A stretch of DNA of 51,729 nucleotides. Source: Bdellovibrionales bacterium (lineage in GTDB: Bacteria; Bdellovibrionota; Bdellovibrionia; Bdellovibrionales; JAGQZY01). The stretch is taken from assembly GCA_031426555.1 (NCBI GenBank), contig JANPLN010000069.1, positions 1 through 51,729 of the forward strand, given 5' to 3'. The notes under the pieces are model-generated. The model was not told the DNA's origin. It searched no databases and saw only the letters and a list, made by a program, of their open reading frames with translations. Shown in pieces: positions 45,804-51,729 of the stretch; the first letter of the stretch is position 1, and each line of letters opens with the position of its first letter. The position numbers were made by a program, and so were the translations under genes.

Positions 45804-47669
45804 ATGACAGACAGCATCAAAAAGTTTACAGACTTTCAACTCCATCCCACAATCATCAAGGCCATCGAAGCCATGGGATATAACTCCTGCACGCCGATTC
45901 AAGCGCGATGTTTGCCGATTCTTCTCAAAGGGCAAGACATTGCAGGCCTTGCACAAACTGGCACGGGAAAAACAGCCGCATTTTTAATTCCAATGATTGA
46001 TCGCATTTTGCGCTCGCAGGAAAAAAATGAAGAGCTTCCAGACCGTGTCTTTAAAGATTGGCAAGATTCCAATTTTATTTTGATTTTGGTTCCAACGCGC
46101 GAGCTTGTCACTCAAGTGCTCGATAATTTGCATCAGCTCACTGCAGGTAGCGGACTGACCTCCATTTTTCTCTACGGTGGTGTGGGTTACGATGAGCAAA
46201 AAGCATCGTTAAAAAAACCGTACCAGTTTTTGGTGGCTACGCCGGGTCGTTTACTCGATTTGTACAAAGAAGGCCTCATCGATTTTAAACAAGTCCGCGC
46301 CATGATTTTTGACGAAGCCGATCGCATGTTTGATATGGGTTTCCAACAGGATGTGTTTTTTATTCTGAATCGCGTGCCCAAAGAGCGTCAGCTTTTGATG
46401 TTCAGTGCGACGTTGAACTTCCAAGTGACGGAGATGGCGTACGAAGCCCACTCCAACCCTGTGGAAATCGACGTGAGTCGCGACAAAGTGACTACTGAGA
46501 ATATCGAAGATTTTATTATCCATTTAGGCAAAGAAGAAAAACCAAAGTATCTGCTCAGTATTTTTAAAAAATACAATCCGCAGCAAGTGATTATTTTTAG
46601 TAATTTTAAAAACAAAGTGAATCGTGTCGCAGATTTTTTAACCGAGAACGGTTATCCCGCTTTAGGCATTTCGAGTTTGATGACGCAAGTGCAGCGCAAC
46701 CGCGTGATTGAGCGTTTTAAATCCGAAAACAAACACAACATCATGGTGGCAACAGATCTCGCCGCTCGCGGTTTGGATATCAAAGGTGTGGATCTTGTTA
46801 TCAATTATGAAATGCCCGAAGATGCAGAAAATTACGTGCATCGCATTGGTCGCACGGGTCGCGCTGAACAAAAAGGTATGGCCATTAGCTTTGTTTCGGA
46901 TCGCGATGTGGAATCCTTAGTGCGAATCGAAGAGTACCTCAAAGAAAAATTAGATACCATTTGGTTGGAAGACACTGATTTTGTGACTGAATTTAAACCG
47001 CTTCCGCCAGAGGATTTTTATCGTCCTCGCTTCGACAAGGGTGCGCCGCCAGATCGCGGACCTCGTAGAAATTCCTCAGACAGTCGTCGTCCTCGCAGAG
47101 ACGACGGGCCTCGCCGCGACAACAACGGACCTCGCCAAGAGGGTGGACCACGAAGAGATAGTGGGCCTCGACGGGAAGGACCAAACAGAGACGGACCAAA
47201 CCGTGACGGACCACGACGAGATGGTCCGAGTCGGGATGGACCGCGCAGAGATCGACCGCCGCGGGTGGATGCACCCCAAGGCGATCACAATCCCATGGAA
47301 GCTACCGGGCCAGACCATGACATGCCAGAGTTTGAAAGACCAAACACTGACCGGTCCTCCAATGACAGAGCCTCCGGTGGGGCCGTTCATCGCGACCGCA
47401 AAATGGGTCGCCATCAAAACTCCAGCAAAAATCCAAATCGCTCCGAAAATCCAAGACGTGAAAATTTAGGCAGTCAAGATGGATCGCCGGATCGCCCTCA
47501 AGACCGCAATCAGAGTGGTGGCAGGAAGCGCTTTGATAACAGAAATGATCGCGGAGCTAAAAAACCATACAACAGTCGACCAGCGGCAAAGAGTGCGTCG
47601 GCTAAACCAAGTGGTTCCCTATGGGGTAAGATTTCTAGCAAAATTAAACAGCTCGTCGGAGCTCGCTAG
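45804..47669 (+). CDS. DEAD-box RNA helicase (RhlB-like) with a long disordered C-terminal tail
   Basis: Q motif, AQTGTGKT, PTREL, DEAD, SAT, HRIGRTGR. Confidence 0.95.
   Translation: MTDSIKKFTDFQLHPTIIKAIEAMGYNSCTPIQARCLPILLKGQDIAGLAQTGTGKTAAFLIPMIDRILRSQEKNEELPDRVFKDWQDSNFILILVPTRELVTQVLDNLHQLTAGSGLTSIFLYGGVGYDEQKASLKKPYQFLVATPGRLLDLYKEGLIDFKQVRAMIFDEADRMFDMGFQQDVFFILNRVPKERQLLMFSATLNFQVTEMAYEAHSNPVEIDVSRDKVTTENIEDFIIHLGKEEKPKYLLSIFKKYNPQQVIIFSNFKNKVNRVADFLTENGYPALGISSLMTQVQRNRVIERFKSENKHNIMVATDLAARGLDIKGVDLVINYEMPEDAENYVHRIGRTGRAEQKGMAISFVSDRDVESLVRIEEYLKEKLDTIWLEDTDFVTEFKPLPPEDFYRPRFDKGAPPDRGPRRNSSDSRRPRRDDGPRRDNNGPRQEGGPRRDSGPRREGPNRDGPNRDGPRRDGPSRDGPRRDRPPRVDAPQGDHNPMEATGPDHDMPEFERPNTDRSSNDRASGGAVHRDRKMGRHQNSSKNPNRSENPRRENLGSQDGSPDRPQDRNQSGGRKRFDNRNDRGAKKPYNSRPAAKSASAKPSGSLWGKISSKIKQLVGAR
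47050..47265 (+). repeat. Degenerate (R)RDGP low-complexity coding repeats
   Basis: GPRRDSGPRREGPNRDGPNRDGPRRDGPSRDGPRRD with synonymous divergence. Confidence 0.8.
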
Positions 47670-47671
47670 TT

Positions 47672-48040
47672 ATGCTTCTTAAGGGCCTCGTTTTTGGCGT
47701 GGCCCTGTTACATATTTATTTTTTAATTCTCGAAATGTTTTTTTGGACCAAACCCTTGGGCTTAAAGGTTTTTGGGCAATCTCTCGACAAAGCAAAAGCT
47801 TCGCAAGTTCTTGCGGCCAACCAAGGATTGTACAACGGCTTTCTCGCAGCGGGCTTGTTGTGGAGTTTGCTGCACCCCGTGGCCGAGACGGCGCTTCAAC
47901 TGCAAAGTTTTTTCCTGGCCTGTGTTGTGGTGGCTGGTGGTTACGGCGCCTACAGCGTGAGTAAAAAAATTCTGTGGGTGCAAGCCATGCCAGCCACCGT
48001 GGCGTTGGTGATCATTTACTTTTCTCATTTATTTTATTAA
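47672..48040 (+). CDS. DUF1304 membrane protein
   Basis: H.Y...LEMF.W, AANQGLYNGFLAAGL, QA.PA. Confidence 0.9.
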   Translation: MLLKGLVFGVALLHIYFLILEMFFWTKPLGLKVFGQSLDKAKASQVLAANQGLYNGFLAAGLLWSLLHPVAETALQLQSFFLACVVVAGGYGAYSVSKKILWVQAMPATVALVIIYFSHLFY

Positions 48041-50458
48041 TTAAAAAATATTTTTGCACGCGACAGGTCCCTCTGGCACGGTTCGCGATTCTGCAACGGG
48101 GTCTTTGACACCGTTGCTCCACCAATCGAGCTCTTTAAAGTGGATCTTCGGATCGATACCAATTTCTTTTAAAAAGTCGTTGATAAAATCGAGCTGTTGA
48201 GTGGCGGTGAGCCCAGTGGGTATGCGTCCTTCCGCGAGCAGCTGTGGGTAGGATTTTAAAAAACGATTCAAAGCGCGAATGCTTTCGGGTTGGTACATCA
48301 AAAACCCGGAGTTTCCCTGAGGATTGGTCTCGATGATTTTTATTGTGCCATCGCTGAGGACAGCCGCATCGAGACCCATGGGGAATCCGCGCAACTCCCA
48401 CGGAATTTGATCGATAAATTTTTGCACTGTTTTTTCCACCCGCAAAGCTTCTTCGGGGTTCTCCACCAGTTTCGACGTATCGGGATTCTTGTAAGAATAG
48501 CGATCGATGGTGGATCCATTTCCAAGCACACGACCCGCCACCACTTCAACTCGGTATTCCGATTTTATGCTCATCTTTTCTTGTACGATGGTCCATTCGG
48601 TTTCTTTCATCATCCGATTGATGCGAAACCCTCGATAGCCCTCAAGGTTTCGCAAAGCGCGGACGTAAGCATCGGGATCAGCGCCCAGCTGGCGCTCAAG
48701 AATTTTTTCCCTTTCTGCTAAAAAGTTAGAATTGCGATAAATATCAACTTCCTTTTGCAAATCCGTTTCGCTGCTCACCAAGAAGCTCGCATCCGTTGCA
48801 TGATCGCGAACGCCTTTAAGGACCCACCCCTTGGGAAATTGTCGATCCAACTTTTGTCTGAGTTGAGCGATATCGTCCACCGACGAAGCCCCCCAAGCAT
48901 CTCTCAACAGAAGCGTCTTCGGCATGGCGCCAGGGACGTATTTTTCTAAGAATTTGGCCTCGACGTATTTGTCTGTCATAACGATGGCTAAAAAAGAGTT
49001 AATAACGCCCGGGTTGTGCGCTCCCACAACCACCGATGCCATTTCGACCAGCGGATGAAACACTACACTCTCGCCGGGAACCAGCCATGGCAACGACAGT
49101 GAGCCCCGGGCCGGAAGTAATAAGGGAGATGTTTTGTTGTAGGGGTATCTTAGCAAATACCGCATTTCTTTCGTCGTATCTGGTGTGGAACTGACTTTTG
49201 GATTGGCCCATAAAATTCGCACCACATTTGTGGAATCGCCTTTCAGCAGCGCAGTCGCAACAGTACGGCGAATGTCTTTTTCGCGAAGCCCGGTGGCTTG
49301 GGAAATTTTTTGAATTTCGTGATCTGTATAATGTTTAAGAAGAGAAGAAGTTCCGTGTTGCGCGGGATCGAAATGGATTTGTCCCAAGGCTTCTGACATG
49401 CGCACAAAGCCCACGGCTTCTTTCACAGCTTGTTTGACGTTAAAATCATTGTTGCGATCGCGAAATTCGATGGCGGGAATCAATTTAATCCAAAGATTTT
49501 CCTTTAAAATTTTAGCTAGAGCGTCTTCGGGAAAAGCATAAAGCAGAAGAGAGCTCAACTTGAGCGGTGAAAATTTAATCACGCGAAAAAGCGGCGATTC
49601 TTTCAGCGTAAACGCATCGGTTTCGGTGATGTAGAGCAAAACATTTTTTTTAATTTCTTCGATGGGGGCGTCCCACGCCGCGGGGTCATTTAAAAGTTCC
49701 GACAGCTGTCGATACAGCAAATCATCTTTTAATTGTTCAAGGCTCGGCTCATACGCCGGATCCATCAGTCGCTGCATAAAGCCTGCAGACAGGGGCTGAA
49801 TATAATGCTTTCGAACTTCGGGGATTTGATAATGGGTCTCGATTTGTTGTCGATGTACAGGGTCGAGATAGTTGCGCAATAGATTAACGAGATCTTTCGC
49901 GTGAAAGTTTTCTTTGAGTCCTTGGCCCATTTCCACATTCACTTGCAAAGAGACCGCAACGTCCTTTCGAGTGCCAGTGGCACCGGCTTTTAGCAAAGCA
50001 TCCAACGCTTTTTGCAGTTCTTCTACGCCTCGATAATCAATGGGCCCTGGGTCCGTGAGCAATTCTAAAATTAAGGACTTCTTTTGGTTTTTTCCAGGCA
50101 CCACACCGCTGGTCTCGTTGGCTTCCGGTTTAATCACCAGTCGCATACCGGTCGAGTTTTTTTTGATTTTGGATCTTCGAAGTATTTTTTGCGTTCTAAT
50201 GATTTTTCCGTTTTCTTCCACAGAAATTTCTTTGCTAAATTCCGCAAATTCCACCTGTCCTCCAACCACTCCCTGGACAATCTTTGTGGCCTCTTCGAGG
50301 GTGAGACCCGAGAATTCCACTTCGATACCCGTGCGAATTGCATCCTGAGCGTGATGATAGAAAGCGGCAAGATCGACAATGTCTGTTGGTTCTGTTGCAA
50401 AGACGGGCGACCAAAAAGTTACGACAGAGATAAAAAGCAGTGCACATGTGTTTTTCAT
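48041..50458 (-). CDS. Signal peptide plus putative amidoligase (Amidoligase_2-like) domain plus ATP-grasp domain
   Basis: Leader MKNT..SPVFA; GIEVEF, LELLT.PGP, L..AGA, QVN, IEFR; then DKY, FPKGWVLK, VQEK, EYRV, GLD, IIETNP. Confidence 0.65.
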   Translation of the reverse strand: MKNTCALLFISVVTFWSPVFATEPTDIVDLAAFYHHAQDAIRTGIEVEFSGLTLEEATKIVQGVVGGQVEFAEFSKEISVEENGKIIRTQKILRRSKIKKNSTGMRLVIKPEANETSGVVPGKNQKKSLILELLTDPGPIDYRGVEELQKALDALLKAGATGTRKDVAVSLQVNVEMGQGLKENFHAKDLVNLLRNYLDPVHRQQIETHYQIPEVRKHYIQPLSAGFMQRLMDPAYEPSLEQLKDDLLYRQLSELLNDPAAWDAPIEEIKKNVLLYITETDAFTLKESPLFRVIKFSPLKLSSLLLYAFPEDALAKILKENLWIKLIPAIEFRDRNNDFNVKQAVKEAVGFVRMSEALGQIHFDPAQHGTSSLLKHYTDHEIQKISQATGLREKDIRRTVATALLKGDSTNVVRILWANPKVSSTPDTTKEMRYLLRYPYNKTSPLLLPARGSLSLPWLVPGESVVFHPLVEMASVVVGAHNPGVINSFLAIVMTDKYVEAKFLEKYVPGAMPKTLLLRDAWGASSVDDIAQLRQKLDRQFPKGWVLKGVRDHATDASFLVSSETDLQKEVDIYRNSNFLAEREKILERQLGADPDAYVRALRNLEGYRGFRINRMMKETEWTIVQEKMSIKSEYRVEVVAGRVLGNGSTIDRYSYKNPDTSKLVENPEEALRVEKTVQKFIDQIPWELRGFPMGLDAAVLSDGTIKIIETNPQGNSGFLMYQPESIRALNRFLKSYPQLLAEGRIPTGLTATQQLDFINDFLKEIGIDPKIHFKELDWWSNGVKDPVAESRTVPEGPVACKNIF

Positions 50459-51729
50459 AAATCATCCAGGGTCTTAGACCAGTTTAAAAAGGTTTCCCAA
50501 TGGGCATCACCCACAGCTTTTATAGGTTCAAATTTTTCGGCAAATTGTTTTCCAAACGTAAGAAGTTTTAAAAAATCAGCATTCTTTCTAAAATTTGGAT
50601 TTGCTTGGTAGTTCAGGGCTCGCAAGTAATATTCGTTGAGCAATTCACGCAGTCCCACAAGAGACTTTTCGTTGAGACCGTGGACCTCTGCATCTTTGAT
50701 CCATTCTGGAATATCGTGCTTTAAGTGAGAGACCGCGTTTGCCAGATCGTTGTAAAATAGAAAGCCAGCAGTCCCTTCGATGGAAATGCCATAGCGCTCT
50801 CGTAAAAACCGTGTGTGGGCACCGAGCACGTGGGGCAGACGCAAAAATCCTGACCATCCTCCGGTTCGTCCGTTGTTGGTGTTGATCTCGATGAGTTGAA
50901 GACGGCCGTTGGCCCCGATAAATACATCGAAGGAATACGCAGAACGAAGCGTAAAACCCACCGGCATTAAATCAAGAAACTCCTGCACAAACTTTTCAAC
51001 ACGAGCGATTTTTTCGGGTGCATCTGGTGTGTACCAGCGCGTTTGCGTGGTGCCGGGCACGACGTCCTTATAAAAACTATGAGTGCGAAACTCATTGTCA
51101 TTTCCGTAGGAGCTATCTTTGCTGCCGGCCGCAGTGTCCTTGATGAGTCCCATCAGCATAAACTGTTCGCCACTGAGAGGTTTTGAGTAAGAAGGATTGA
51201 TGTAAGGCGACAGAAAGTCTGTTGGTTTGTACAGGTTTGTGTTCTGTGCCAACAGGTCACGCACTATTTCTTTTGCATTAAAATAAATATTCTTTCCACC
51301 AGAACTTAAGCCAATCACCGGCTTAATAACGAACCCCTCAGGAAATGCCTCTTCCAGGGCACGCGTCAGTGTGCTTTCCGAAACCTGAATTCGACCAATG
51401 TGATCCACGAGATTTCGAGTCCGCAAAAATTCGTTTAGTCCCAATGCACGAGGATGGTAGAAGGTGGCTCGATCCCCTAAAAAATATTCCATCACTTTGT
51501 AGATGAGCAGTTTGTCGGTCAGCAACATTGAGAGTTCATCGGCTCGTAGTATTTCAGATTTGTAGAGAAAGTTGAGAAACTCGGCTTTTCGGGCGCGGAG
51601 GGAAATAGTTTGCGGGCGCAGTCGATGAGACGAGGGTGTCGTGTTTTTAATCAACTCAACGGCCCGATCCACCTGACCTTGAAGTAGGGTTGTCGGCTGA
51701 CGCAAAAAAAGGCTAGTGCATTGAAGCTG
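50455..51729 (-). CDS. ATP-grasp fold protein, 5' end outside the window
   Basis: Frame open to the window end; DKL, FPEGFVIKP..G..SGG, EFRTH, SFDV, LIEIN; ATGA overlap with the next gene. Confidence 0.7.
   Translation of the reverse strand, partial: QLQCTSLFLRQPTTLLQGQVDRAVELIKNTTPSSHRLRPQTISLRARKAEFLNFLYKSEILRADELSMLLTDKLLIYKVMEYFLGDRATFYHPRALGLNEFLRTRNLVDHIGRIQVSESTLTRALEEAFPEGFVIKPVIGLSSGGKNIYFNAKEIVRDLLAQNTNLYKPTDFLSPYINPSYSKPLSGEQFMLMGLIKDTAAGSKDSSYGNDNEFRTHSFYKDVVPGTTQTRWYTPDAPEKIARVEKFVQEFLDLMPVGFTLRSAYSFDVFIGANGRLQLIEINTNNGRTGGWSGFLRLPHVLGAHTRFLRERYGISIEGTAGFLFYNDLANAVSHLKHDIPEWIKDAEVHGLNEKSLVGLRELLNEYYLRALNYQANPNFRKNADFLKLLTFGKQFAEKFEPIKAVGDAHWETFLNWSKTLDDL

Overview
Chromosomal window of a predatory, Bdellovibrionota-like bacterium (inferred from gene content and from secreted-protein motifs such as FYQNCG and RxPAS; not verified by search). 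The housekeeping backbone includes apaG, a LMW-PTP, pepN, a polyprenyl synthase, rsmJ, citrate synthase, elbB, a thiamine-type ABC transporter, transketolase, tatA, pcnB and a DEAD-box helicase. Accessory modules are interspersed: a DUF1592/DUF1552 pair, a ClpX-like ATPase coupled to a signal-less HtrA protease, a broken RHS gene with a Pro-rich C-terminus followed by a CAAX/Abi protease and an AT-rich string of small ORFs, tandem secreted four-Cys paralogues facing a diiron-enzyme/protein-glutaminase pair, a nucleotidyltransferase-RHH pair under a perfect 28-bp palindrome, a frameshifted Y1/RAYT transposase, and two ATP-grasp genes (one with a signal peptide and an amidoligase domain). The most notable unannotated signals are (i) an intergenic element at about 6.83-6.99 kb with two hairpins whose loops are complementary, (ii) the apparently exported amidoligase/ATP-grasp pair, (iii) a 4x20-bp repeat forming a chain of three ATGA-coupled 7-aa ORFs, and (iv) a recurrent GTCT-N7-AGAC palindrome in intergenic regions. 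No rRNA, tRNA or CRISPR array was recognised. All family calls come from reading motifs by eye; no database search was run.
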